Positions 1 to 8,462 of a DNA stretch of 25,867 nt are shown piece by piece. Under the pieces are notes generated by a model. That model was given only the letters and a program-made list of their open reading frames with translations. It was not told the origin of the DNA and made no database searches. The stretch spans positions 1-25,867 of the forward strand of contig JBHLQM010000053.1 of assembly GCA_048884785.1 (NCBI GenBank), written 5' to 3'. The translations under genes and the position numbers were made by a program. Source of the stretch: Candidatus Thorarchaeota archaeon (GTDB taxonomy: Archaea > Asgardarchaeota > Thorarchaeia > Thorarchaeales > Thorarchaeaceae). Each line of letters opens with the position of its first letter. Within the stretch, counting starts at the first letter, position 1.

Positions 1-2
1 AT

Positions 3-611
3 TTCCCTTAGTACATTATGATGCAGATAGAGGAATTTCATCTTTTCACATTTGGCAAGAGGTGCAAGGTCGAGAGATGCAATCTCGTTGTACATTACAT
101 TGATCTGAAGCAACTCAGCGCAATTGGATAGGGGTGATAAATCGATCTTAGAAAGATGATTGTTCTCTAACTCCAATATCTCTAAAGTCGTGATTCCGGA
201 CAGCTGACCAAGATCTATTTTTGAGAGCTCATTGGAAAACAGACGAAGTCTCTTTAGCGGGACTGACTTCAGAGGGGCTAGATTGATTTCTTTTCTACCT
301 GTAGAACCTAGATTGAGTTCACTGAGATTCCTGCATTTTCCTAATGGAGTTATATCAAGGTCTGGAATATGGTTTTTGAAGAGACTAAGTTTGGATAAGT
401 TAGGACAAGAGATGAGCGGTGTGAGGTCTATTTTTTCAAGCTTATTAGAGCCCAAATCAAGAGAAACTAGATTAGGGGCATCTTGAAGATTGGAAAGGTC
501 GGCCTCAACTATGCCTTTGCCAACAAGCTCGAGGGATTCTTCATCATCATCCAATTCTATCTCTTCTTGTTTTCCATCTTTATGTAGTAATTTGATTGAT
601 TTTTCGGTCAT
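3..611 (-). CDS. Leucine-rich repeat protein, 3' end truncated by window edge (not in ORF track)
   Basis: Manual translation from ATG 611: MTEKSIKLLHKDGKQEEIELDDDEESLELVGKGIVEADLSNLQDAPN-LVSLDLGSNKLEKIDLTPLISCPN-LSKLSLFKNHIPDLDITPLGKCRN-LSELNLGSTGRKEINLAPLKSVP-LKRLRLFSNELSKIDLGQLSGITT-LEILELENNHLSKIDLSPLSNCAE-LLQINVMYNEIASLDLAPLAKCEK-MKFLYLHHNVLRE. Open to the edge with 23-24 aa LxxLxLxxN repeats. GGTG lies upstream. Confidence 0.93.
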   Translation of the reverse strand, partial: MTEKSIKLLHKDGKQEEIELDDDEESLELVGKGIVEADLSNLQDAPNLVSLDLGSNKLEKIDLTPLISCPNLSKLSLFKNHIPDLDITPLGKCRNLSELNLGSTGRKEINLAPLKSVPLKRLRLFSNELSKIDLGQLSGITTLEILELENNHLSKIDLSPLSNCAELLQINVMYNEIASLDLAPLAKCEKMKFLYLHHNVLRE

Positions 612-780
612 TTCCCGCCTGCACCTGCTCAAATCCTTTCCAGAGGTAGTAAATGAATGTCTTTTCAATCTTGCCGATATTCTTCCGTCAACGGAGCTCC
701 TACTATAATCTTTCCTAGGATGCAACAACAGATTCTGCACTAAGAGAGATTGACGAATCAAGAAGAACTCAGAGCTAGAG

Positions 781-788
781 TTTTAAAC
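781..788 (+). promoter_or_regulatory. Putative TATA box of the dsrEFH-like operon
   Basis: TTTTAAAC about 45-50 nt upstream of ATG 832, preceded by purine-rich TAGAG. Confidence 0.4.
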
Positions 789-831
789 CCCCTATTTGTT
801 CGTGGAGCAAAAACCTCTGAGATGATGTAGT

Positions 832-1197
832 ATGGAAAAGAAAGTATTGGGAGTACTACTGACAACAGGTCCCTACACATTCCAGAACAGCCATACCTTT
901 TATGATATTGCAAAAGCTGCCCTGGCCAAGGGATATGTAGTCAAAGCCTTCCTCTTCATAGATGGTGTAAATAATGCAAAGCTCAATCAAGACCCAGATC
1001 CTGATATTCCGATGAATAAAAAATTCCAAGAACTTGCAGATGAGGGCGTTATTTTCCAGGCATGCGGGCTTTGTACGGCTGCCCGAGGATTTGACCAAAA
1101 GGGTTCCGATTTTGAAAGCGGAATTGAGGTTTCAGGGCTCATAGAACTTGCAGAGATAATTGGAGAAGCTGATAGATTCGTGACACTATCAATGTAG
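832..1197 (+). CDS. dsrE: DsrE/TusD-family sulfur relay protein
   Basis: TTGPY N-terminal motif, FLFIDGV, and ACGLCTAARG with Cys at the position of the DsrE/TusD persulfide cysteine. First of three adjacent small DsrEFH-fold genes. Confidence 0.85.
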   Translation: MEKKVLGVLLTTGPYTFQNSHTFYDIAKAALAKGYVVKAFLFIDGVNNAKLNQDPDPDIPMNKKFQELADEGVIFQACGLCTAARGFDQKGSDFESGIEVSGLIELAEIIGEADRFVTLSM

Positions 1198-1200
1198 GAG

Positions 1201-1560
1201 ATGATAGAGATGGAATTCACAGAGCGACCAGTACTCGTACTAATTAAGAGTCGGCCATTTGGAAGGATTATCAACTTTGAGGGCTGGAGAGCATCAGTGG
1301 GCATGTTTGGAATGGACCATACACCGACAATGCTCTTTCTTAGTGACGGAGTCTATGCACTTTTGAAAAACATGGACGACATGCCAATTCGGATGTTCAA
1401 ATCAACCTACAAGAGTTTTGATGGCAGAATCTGCGTTAGCAAAAGGTCCCTTGATGAAAGGAATATCGGTCTTGACGAAATCTTGGAGGATGCTGAGATA
1501 CTTAGTGAAGAAGAAGTTGGTAGGGTCTTCGCTGAGAATGATATTGTAGTTACATTCTAG
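1201..1560 (+). CDS. dsrF: DsrF/TusC-family protein
   Basis: SRPFG, LFLSDGVYALLK and CVSKRSLDERNI motifs, C-terminal DIVVTF, operon position. Confidence 0.8.
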   Translation: MIEMEFTERPVLVLIKSRPFGRIINFEGWRASVGMFGMDHTPTMLFLSDGVYALLKNMDDMPIRMFKSTYKSFDGRICVSKRSLDERNIGLDEILEDAEILSEEEVGRVFAENDIVVTF

Positions 1561-1574
1561 GAGGTTCAAATACA

Positions 1575-1874
1575 ATGAGGTTCTTAATTTTGCTATCCAG
1601 TGATTGTAGTAGCCTAAATGAAGTCATCTCTGCAATCAAGAGCCAGGGGAATGAGGTAGGTGTGCTTCTTGTTCAAGATGGGGTGTTTTTGATGGACAAG
1701 GGATGTGAGCATTCTAGCGAATTAGCCCATCTGAAAGTCCCTGTATACGCATCGAAATCGCATATTGAAGAGCGAGGTATCTCCAATCGTCTTGCACTAG
1801 ATGTAAAAGTTGTTGATTATCCTGAGATCATTGATTTGATTATGGAGAACTATGACAAAACTGTCAGCATCTAG
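1575..1874 (+). CDS. dsrH: DsrH/TusB-family protein
   Basis: LLVQDGVF, VYA..HIEERGI and VDYPEIIDL motifs. GGAGG RBS upstream; third gene of the trio. Confidence 0.8.
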   Translation: MRFLILLSSDCSSLNEVISAIKSQGNEVGVLLVQDGVFLMDKGCEHSSELAHLKVPVYASKSHIEERGISNRLALDVKVVDYPEIIDLIMENYDKTVSI

Positions 1875-1911
1875 AAACCTTCGAGGATCTGACCTACGAT
1901 CAATATATTCT

Positions 1912-2559
1912 TCAGAGTTTCACTGCGACAGTACACCCTTCTCCAATGGTCAGGACTGCACTCTCTACATTTGCTTCCAAGAGTTTTCTATTGAACTCGT
2001 GGATGCCCTTCACAGAATCATCCCATTCCTTTTTTGGATGGGCCGCAGGCCAGAGAGTATCGTCAACCAGCAAGAGCCCGCCTTTTCGAAGCACTCGAAG
2101 ACAATCATTCAGCATTAGCGGGTATCCCTGTTTAGAGGAATCCTGAAATACAATGTCGAAGCTTTCATCTTCCAACTGCTTGAGTACCTCTTCTCCCTTT
2201 CCTATTTTTATATCGATGACATCAGACACACCCTCTCTATCAAAATTCCTTCTCGCTTCTTCTATGATTTTGGGATCTACGTCTATTGTTGTTACTCTTC
2301 CACCATATTGCTTCACAACACTTGCGAGAATGGTTGTTGAAAATCCAATACTTGTTCCTATCTCAAGAACACGCTTTGCCTTTGTGACATGAAGAAGTAC
2401 TTTGAAGAGTCGAGCAATATCATCTTCAATGATAGGTCCATAGCTTATGTTTTTGGCCCTTTCCTCAAAGTCTATCATGGTTGGACCTTCTCTGCCTTTA
2501 TACAATTCTTTCATATAGTCAATTGCATCTTCAAACCCGTATTGATGTTCAATTTCCAA
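1912..2559 (-). CDS. Class I SAM-dependent O-methyltransferase (COMT/YrrM-like)
   Basis: VLEIGTSIGFS, VTTID, FDIVFQDS and LRKGGLLLVDD motifs. Confidence 0.88.
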   Translation of the reverse strand: MEIEHQYGFEDAIDYMKELYKGREGPTMIDFEERAKNISYGPIIEDDIARLFKVLLHVTKAKRVLEIGTSIGFSTTILASVVKQYGGRVTTIDVDPKIIEEARRNFDREGVSDVIDIKIGKGEEVLKQLEDESFDIVFQDSSKQGYPLMLNDCLRVLRKGGLLLVDDTLWPAAHPKKEWDDSVKGIHEFNRKLLEANVESAVLTIGEGCTVAVKL

Positions 2560-2703
2560 TGATTACACCTCAGAGAATCTCACCTAAAACGAATATCCTT
2601 CTTTTAGTATGTGCAATTATCTCTCAATATGCCAAGGTTTTACGGTTGGACCAAAATCACCATCAACTATATGTAACGCGTTCGTATTGAAACCATTGGG
2701 CGC

Positions 2704-3543
2704 GTGATTATAATGAACACTGAAGAAATAATGCAGATAGCTCTCGCAATGGCAGGCCTTGAGGAAATGCCTGGTGACACTGGCATTCACGTACACGGGG
2801 AGAATATCGAGAAGATTCTAATTGGAATAGACATGGATACATCAGAGCTGCTTTTGGCTCGAGAGCTAGGATATGATCTTGTAATTGCACATCATCCTCC
2901 AGGAGGCACGAGCAGAATTCACTTCGATGAAGTTGTGAAACTTCAAATTCAGCAAATGATTGATGCTGGAATTCCGCCCCACCTGGCAGAGAAAGCCATA
3001 CAACCAAGGCTGGATACCGTGCGATTAACTACACATGTCAGCAACTATGACCGCATAATCTCGGCAGCCAAACTTCTTAAGATGCCCTTCATGAATGTGC
3101 ATCTACCTCTTGATTTGATATGCAGGCGTCGATTCACTGAAACCATACAGAAGGCAGTTGCAGGCAAGCGCAATCCAAAGGTCAAGGATGCCATTGATGC
3201 AATGAAAGAACTTCCAGAGATGAAGATTGGATTAACAGAACCCTTGGTGTATGTTGGGTCATCCGAGAATCTGTTAGGCAAATGGATTGTAGCAATGGCT
3301 GGAGGGACCAATGGCGGTGCAGGTGTAGCTAAGGCGTATTTTCGACATGGGTATTCTACCGTCTTCTATATGCATCTTGCAGAAGCAGACAAGAAAGAAC
3401 TCAGTTCCGACCCGAGAGCAGGAAATCTCGTGGCGTCAGGTCATATCGCATCTGATTCAGTTGGCATTGCTCCCTTTGTGCATGCTCTAAGAGAAAAAGG
3501 ACTTCAAGTCACCCCAATGAGCGGAGTATTCGTTCCTGAGTAG
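2704..3543 (+). CDS. NIF3/YbgI-like putative metal-binding protein (probable start ATG 2713)
   Basis: IEKILIGID, DLVIAHHP, H.PLD and C-terminal GHIASD motifs. Confidence 0.65.
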   Translation: MIIMNTEEIMQIALAMAGLEEMPGDTGIHVHGENIEKILIGIDMDTSELLLARELGYDLVIAHHPPGGTSRIHFDEVVKLQIQQMIDAGIPPHLAEKAIQPRLDTVRLTTHVSNYDRIISAAKLLKMPFMNVHLPLDLICRRRFTETIQKAVAGKRNPKVKDAIDAMKELPEMKIGLTEPLVYVGSSENLLGKWIVAMAGGTNGGAGVAKAYFRHGYSTVFYMHLAEADKKELSSDPRAGNLVASGHIASDSVGIAPFVHALREKGLQVTPMSGVFVPE

Positions 3544-3664
3544 CCTATCTAGGTTTTAGCAGGATGTTCTCGAGTGATTTGATAGTATCACTGTTAGTCT
3601 TTTCTTGAAACAGGTCATTATCTAGTTTCTATGGTTTTCGTAATCGTTTGGAATTTCGGACTCT

Positions 3665-4450
3665 CTAAAGCCCTGGAATCTTCATACGCTCATAGAAACG
3701 GTCTATCAACGAGGAAATTACAGTGATAAGAATTAGAAACAAAATTGCTATCAGAGTATAGACTTGAAGTGCTAGATATGTCCGTGACACAATAAATTTC
3801 GCTATACTGAATATGTCTGCAACACCCACAAAATAAGCCACAGTTGTGTATTTGGGAAGATAAACTGCCTCATTTGACCAAGCAGGTATTGCTCGCCTAA
3901 GGCTTTGCGGGAGTGCAATATGTCTGATTTCTTGACGTTTTGTCATTCCCATTGACATTGCTGCGAGCGATTGTCCGGCTGAAAGGGATGCCAATGAACC
4001 TCGGAAGAATTCCGCTTGGTACGCTCCGCTGTTTAAGCCCAATGTAATAGCGCAAAGAAGAATAGTGAGGTTCAGAATTGTTCTGGGTGTTCCTGCAATA
4101 TCTGGAAAGATAATTCGCCAAGATGTATCAATTGGAGCCATTCCTTGTGATACTAGCCAAGCATTAAGAACAGTAGGAAAGAATGTGACTGCCAGAATCT
4201 GTGCAAGTAGAGGTGTACCTCTCATAAACTCAATATATGCAGTGCAGATTCTGGATGTGATTGCACCGCCATAATGTCGACCGATAGCCAATAGAATCCC
4301 GAGGCCGAGTCCAAGTATAAGTGCGAAAATATACAAACCCATAGTCATAAAGAATCCACTAACCAGTTCAGGATAGTATTCGAAGATTCTTTGGAATTGT
4401 TCAAAGAGCTGAAGAGATTCGAACAGTCTGCTTAGTTCAATAACTGTCAG
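3665..4450 (-). CDS. Polar amino-acid ABC transporter permease (HisM/GlnP type); probable CTG start at 4450 (ORF track starts at 4348)
   Basis: YIEFMRGTPLLAQ, NSGAYQAEFFRG and EAA-loop-like GQSLAAMSMGMT...IALPQ. The frame is open for 34 more codons upstream to a CTG preceded by GGAGG. Confidence 0.9.
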   Translation of the reverse strand: MTVIELSRLFESLQLFEQFQRIFEYYPELVSGFFMTMGLYIFALILGLGLGILLAIGRHYGGAITSRICTAYIEFMRGTPLLAQILAVTFFPTVLNAWLVSQGMAPIDTSWRIIFPDIAGTPRTILNLTILLCAITLGLNSGAYQAEFFRGSLASLSAGQSLAAMSMGMTKRQEIRHIALPQSLRRAIPAWSNEAVYLPKYTTVAYFVGVADIFSIAKFIVSRTYLALQVYTLIAILFLILITVISSLIDRFYERMKIPGL

Positions 4451-4465
4451 TTAGATTCCCTCCAG

Positions 4466-5236
4466 TCATTCCGGTTGTTGATCTGATTCTGCTTGTCCGT
4501 ACAGAACCTCCAGCTTATGGAGAAAGTCTATTGCTCGTTTGGATTGAGGATTCTTGAAGAAATGCTGAGGGCTTCCGGTTTCTACGACCACGCCTGCATC
4601 CATGAAAATCATCTCACTTGCTACAGCTCGAGCAAAACCCATTTCGTGAGTCACCACGATCATTGTGGTTCCTTCTTTTGCAATGTCAAGCATGACCTGG
4701 AGAACCTCTCCTATTAGTTCTGGATCTAGCGCACTTGTAGGTTCATCGAATAATATGACATCAGGACTCATTGCTATGGATCGTGCGATTCCAACACGTT
4801 GTTGCTGCCCTCCGCTAAGCTGTGCTGGATAGTGATGGCTCCAATCAGCCAATCGAACTTTCTCGAGTGCCTTGTAAGCAATTTCGTGGGCTTCCTCTTT
4901 CGTCTTTCCAAGTACCAGACGAGGTCCAATGCTAACATTGTCTATTGCCCTCAAATGTGCAAAGAGATTGAAGTTCTGGAACACGAAGCCGATTCGTGAT
5001 CGCAATTGACTTAGATTTGCTTTGGGATTCATTAGGCTCTCGCCGCGAAGTAATACTTCACCTTTGTCAGGTGGTGTTAGCATATTGATTACTCTGAGTA
5101 GAGTGCTCTTTCCTGACCCACTTGGTCCAAAGACGACCTTTACTTCTCCCTCACTCACACTGAAGGATATACCTTTCAGTACCTCGAGTTTATCGTATGC
5201 TTTCCATACATCTTTTACATCGATAACACTTGTCAC
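4466..5236 (-). CDS. Polar amino-acid ABC transporter ATP-binding protein (GlnQ type)
   Basis: Walker A GPSGSGKST, signature LSGGQQQR, Walker B ILFDEPTSALDPEL, H-loop VVTHEMGFA. Confidence 0.96.
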   Translation of the reverse strand: MTSVIDVKDVWKAYDKLEVLKGISFSVSEGEVKVVFGPSGSGKSTLLRVINMLTPPDKGEVLLRGESLMNPKANLSQLRSRIGFVFQNFNLFAHLRAIDNVSIGPRLVLGKTKEEAHEIAYKALEKVRLADWSHHYPAQLSGGQQQRVGIARSIAMSPDVILFDEPTSALDPELIGEVLQVMLDIAKEGTTMIVVTHEMGFARAVASEMIFMDAGVVVETGSPQHFFKNPQSKRAIDFLHKLEVLYGQAESDQQPE

Positions 5237-5928
5237 TGCTTACCACCTCCAAGTCCAAGTTGTCTGAGTTTTGAAGTCATACTCTCGCCCACGTACTTTG
5301 TAATGGGGTATGTGAAGACAAAATAGATGATTGAAATTACTAGAATTATGCCTAGAAAAAGTGCGGGATAGGCATTTGTGAAGGCTTGCCCTTGATACAG
5401 CATTTCCATTACGCCAATGGCGCTTGCCAAGGATGAATCCTTGATGACTACCGCATATTCATTTGTCCACCCGGGTAGTGAGAGTCGAAATGCTTGAGGG
5501 AGAACAATGTGTTGAGTCGCCTGCATCTCGGTCATTCCCATTGACCGCGCAGCCATGATCTGGCCGACATCAACTGACAATATTGCCCCTCGAAAAATCT
5601 CAGATTGATATGCTGCACTTCTCAAAGCAAGTGAGAATACAGCGGCTGCAAACAACGCAGCACCAACGGAGCCTGTCCACATAAACCACCCAAGTAATGC
5701 AGCTCCGAAAATAAAGAGAAGAACGAGCAGGGGAATTGATCTGAATATCTTCTCGTAACCTTTAGCAATATACTGCAGTTCAATTGGCCCATAGACTCGC
5801 ATTAGGGCAAGAGCAGTCCCTACAGCAAAGCCAATTGCTAAAGAAATAAGTGTGAGCGCAAGAGTCGTTGAGAGCCCTCTTACGGCAATCAAATTGAGAA
5901 TGTCCAGAAGACTCTGCGTCTCTTGCAC
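5233..5928 (-). CDS. Polar amino-acid ABC transporter permease
   Basis: FRSIPLLV, SAAYQSEIFRG, GQIMAARSMGMT, IVLPQA and IKDSSLASAIG motifs. Confidence 0.94.
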   Translation of the reverse strand: MQETQSLLDILNLIAVRGLSTTLALTLISLAIGFAVGTALALMRVYGPIELQYIAKGYEKIFRSIPLLVLLFIFGAALLGWFMWTGSVGAALFAAAVFSLALRSAAYQSEIFRGAILSVDVGQIMAARSMGMTEMQATQHIVLPQAFRLSLPGWTNEYAVVIKDSSLASAIGVMEMLYQGQAFTNAYPALFLGIILVISIIYFVFTYPITKYVGESMTSKLRQLGLGGGKQ

Positions 5929-5934
5929 TCAGCA

Positions 5935-6732
5935 TCACCCAAACCATTTAGCAATTAGCGCGTCTATCGTGCCGTCCTCAAAGGCCAGAGCAATAGCGCT
6001 GTTTACCGCTGCAGATAGTCTATCGCTGCCATATCGAATGTAGAATGCTGTTGGAGGTGCAGTCACTGTGAAGATTATTTTGATTGAATAGACAGTACTG
6101 TAGAGACCGAAAATTGGCTCATCAACGTATATGGCATCAAGAGTGCCTGCATCGAGTGCTGCAAACATCGTTTCAACCACAGGATATCGAGTCAGTGTGG
6201 CTTCCATTCCAGCAATATCTGTTAGTTCATCATCTTCAACGGTGCCAGTCTGGACCCCAACGTCATATCCAACAAGGTCGCTCAACTCATCAATGGAAAG
6301 AGTTGAATTTGATTTAGTTATGATGACTTCGTTGGTTCGGATATACCATGTTACTGGCTGAAGAACCGCAGCACGTTCAGGTGTAATGAACGTGGCTGAC
6401 GCAATCATGTCGATTGTCCCAGCTTGACATGCACCGATCAAGTTGTCAAAGTCCATATCAATCCACTGAGTAGTTACATTTAGATAATCGGCTACCAATT
6501 CTGCTAGATCAATATCAAACCCTTCTAGTTGATTTGTGGTCGTATTGAATATCTCAAATGGCGGCCAGTTTGTGTTAGTTCCCACAATAATTGAACCACG
6601 CGCCTGAATCATGTCAAAGTCGTCTAGTGGAGCAACTAGTGTAGGCGTCAGATAGCCTATACCAAATCCAATGACGATCCCAATGACCAGGAAGGCAACG
6701 AGTCTTACTGTTAAGGAACCACCTGATGACAT
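5935..6732 (-). CDS. Amino-acid ABC transporter substrate-binding protein (family 3), N-terminal TM anchor
   Basis: GTNTNWPPFE, EGFDIDL, ITPERA and GVQTGT motifs. Hydrophobic N-terminal helix; AGGAGG RBS at 6744-6749. Confidence 0.93.
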   Translation of the reverse strand: MSSGGSLTVRLVAFLVIGIVIGFGIGYLTPTLVAPLDDFDMIQARGSIIVGTNTNWPPFEIFNTTTNQLEGFDIDLAELVADYLNVTTQWIDMDFDNLIGACQAGTIDMIASATFITPERAAVLQPVTWYIRTNEVIITKSNSTLSIDELSDLVGYDVGVQTGTVEDDELTDIAGMEATLTRYPVVETMFAALDAGTLDAIYVDEPIFGLYSTVYSIKIIFTVTAPPTAFYIRYGSDRLSAAVNSAIALAFEDGTIDALIAKWFG

Positions 6733-6929
6733 TTTTTCAAATTCCTCCTTCTGTGTGATTCGAGAAATTCACACAACCGTTAACATCCCCAAACATACTG
6801 AAAAGGGTTTGCTCTAATATGAAAAGCTGCAGGTTGAATCAAAATCAGAGAGCTGGACTTGTTTCATGATATTCTGAATTGCTTTCTACTCGCAGTTTTT
6901 TGACAGCTTTGTATCATGCTGGCAAAATC

Positions 6930-6982
6930 CCTATGATGAAGTAGCTCCATTCTCAGCACTTTTGGTTCACACCCGACTGAGG
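6930..6982 (+). ncRNA. Candidate archaeal box C/D methylation guide sRNA
   Basis: CC-T-ATGATGA (box C 6933-6939), 12-nt guide, CTCA (D'-like 6952-6955), 9-nt spacer with degenerate C', 12-nt guide, CTGA (box D 6977-6980), GG. Kink-turn geometry; T-tract at 6993-7003. Confidence 0.62.
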
Positions 6983-7020
6983 TGTATGTGTATTTTCTTT
7001 TCTAAATTACGATATCGCAC

Positions 7021-7425
7021 CTAAAGCCTAGGCGGCAGAAGCATCTGGAATACTTGCAGGTCAGGAACTTCATCGTACTTTTTTGAAGCACTCCAAAGCA
7101 ATTCTCGACCAACCAATTCAAGCTCGAAACCGATTTCACCCAAACGCTGAATATAGTGCAAGCAATCAATGGAATGCGCAAGTATCTTTGATATACTTTC
7201 ATCCGCGTTGGAGAAAGATGAGCTGCCAGTATCAATGTAAGGTATGGAAAGCTCAACCTCTATGGAAATGGATTTACTATCATACCTATCTCTAAGCAGG
7301 ATTATCCTGATCCAATTATCTTGGAAGACTATATCGAGATGCTGACCATCTTCATTGAAGGGAGTTTCTTTCAAGGGAACTTGCATGAGATGTGCACATT
7401 TGTCCCTCAGGATTCTTGCATCCAA
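7021..7425 (-). CDS. Hypothetical protein, likely co-transcribed with the upstream wHTH gene
   Basis: 134-aa globular-looking ORF 23 nt downstream of the wHTH gene on the same strand. No motif recognised. Confidence 0.65.
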   Translation of the reverse strand: MDARILRDKCAHLMQVPLKETPFNEDGQHLDIVFQDNWIRIILLRDRYDSKSISIEVELSIPYIDTGSSSFSNADESISKILAHSIDCLHYIQRLGEIGFELELVGRELLWSASKKYDEVPDLQVFQMLLPPRL

Positions 7426-7448
7426 CTACACACACGGCCTCTACTAGT

Positions 7449-7703
7449 TTATGAAACTTTCATTCCGTATTTCATGAATACTGCTCTGGCTTTGTCAACA
7501 TCAACAACATAGCGAGGTCGTCTCATATCCAATAGGTTCGGTATGGGACGGCAGATATCCTGACCTCGGAGATGTCGGAGAGCAAAGCTCACAGTACGGA
7601 GAGGTATGTTGGCTTTTTTGCTGATTTCTCGGGGGGAAGCTGGTCCTCCTGATGTGAGAACTCTGAGAACCATTATTGCGCTATCAGGGAGTTCTAGATT
7701 CAT
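7449..7703 (-). CDS. Small winged-helix HTH DNA-binding protein
   Basis: SPREISKKANIPLRTVSFALRHL HTH followed by wing DMRRPRY. Confidence 0.8.
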   Translation of the reverse strand: MNLELPDSAIMVLRVLTSGGPASPREISKKANIPLRTVSFALRHLRGQDICRPIPNLLDMRRPRYVVDVDKARAVFMKYGMKVS

Positions 7704-7919
7704 TTTAGGTCACTATTTGCAGTTGAGAAATCTAATATTACTTGAGGGAACTCAGTAATCGCGGAAAATCACCCGCTACACAAGAAAAGTGACCAAAAAT
7801 CGACACGAGCATGTCGAAAAATGCCCAAATAACTAGGCGTCTATATCCCAAGGTAGAAAAACGAATCTGCGCCAACGGCTTAGTATCTATTCACTGCTTC
7901 CTAAAAGGTGAGATTTCGG

Positions 7920-8462
7920 TTGACTGTTCCAGTATACAAGGTTCTATTGATAGGAGAGCCAAATGTTGGGAAGAGCTCAATCATAAGGCGATTGCTTCTA
8001 GGCGAGTTTGATGAAGATTATCAAGCCACTACCGGTGTGGATCTTAGCGCCGTTGCAGTGAACGTGGATGCCTTTACTCCTGTAATCTTGACGGTAATTG
8101 ACCTTGGAGGGCAAGAGCATTTTGCAACTCTTAGGACGAAGTACTATCGAGGTGCTCATTACAGTGTATTAGTTTACGATATTTCAGATACAGCTTCCTT
8201 CGAATGCCTTCCAACCTGGTATGCGGGGATACTTCAAAATCTTGACCTCAAAGGAACTGGCCATGAATCTCTTCCAGGTGTATTAATTGGAAACAAAAGC
8301 GATTTGGAATCCTCCAGACAAGTCTCGGCAAAGGAAGGCAGATTGTATGCTGAGCTAATTGGATGGAGTTTCTGGGAAACTAGCGCAAAAACAGGGAAGA
8401 ACATCTGGCAAATATTCAATCGAATTGCTAAAGAAATATATGCTTGTCATCCACCGGCTTGA
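7920..8462 (+). CDS. Rab-like small GTPase (probable TTG start 7920; ORF track starts at 7908)
   Basis: G1 GEPNVGKS, G2 YQATTG, G3 DLGGQE, G4 NKSD, G5 TSAK. RabF-like GVDL, YYRGA, LVYDIS. GGTGA RBS 8 nt before TTG 7920. Confidence 0.93.
   Translation: MTVPVYKVLLIGEPNVGKSSIIRRLLLGEFDEDYQATTGVDLSAVAVNVDAFTPVILTVIDLGGQEHFATLRTKYYRGAHYSVLVYDISDTASFECLPTWYAGILQNLDLKGTGHESLPGVLIGNKSDLESSRQVSAKEGRLYAELIGWSFWETSAKTGKNIWQIFNRIAKEIYACHPPA

Noticed and set aside
232-708. Plus-strand ORFs 232-486 and 490-708
   Set aside because: Antisense shadows of the LRR gene; Ser/Arg-rich with no motifs.
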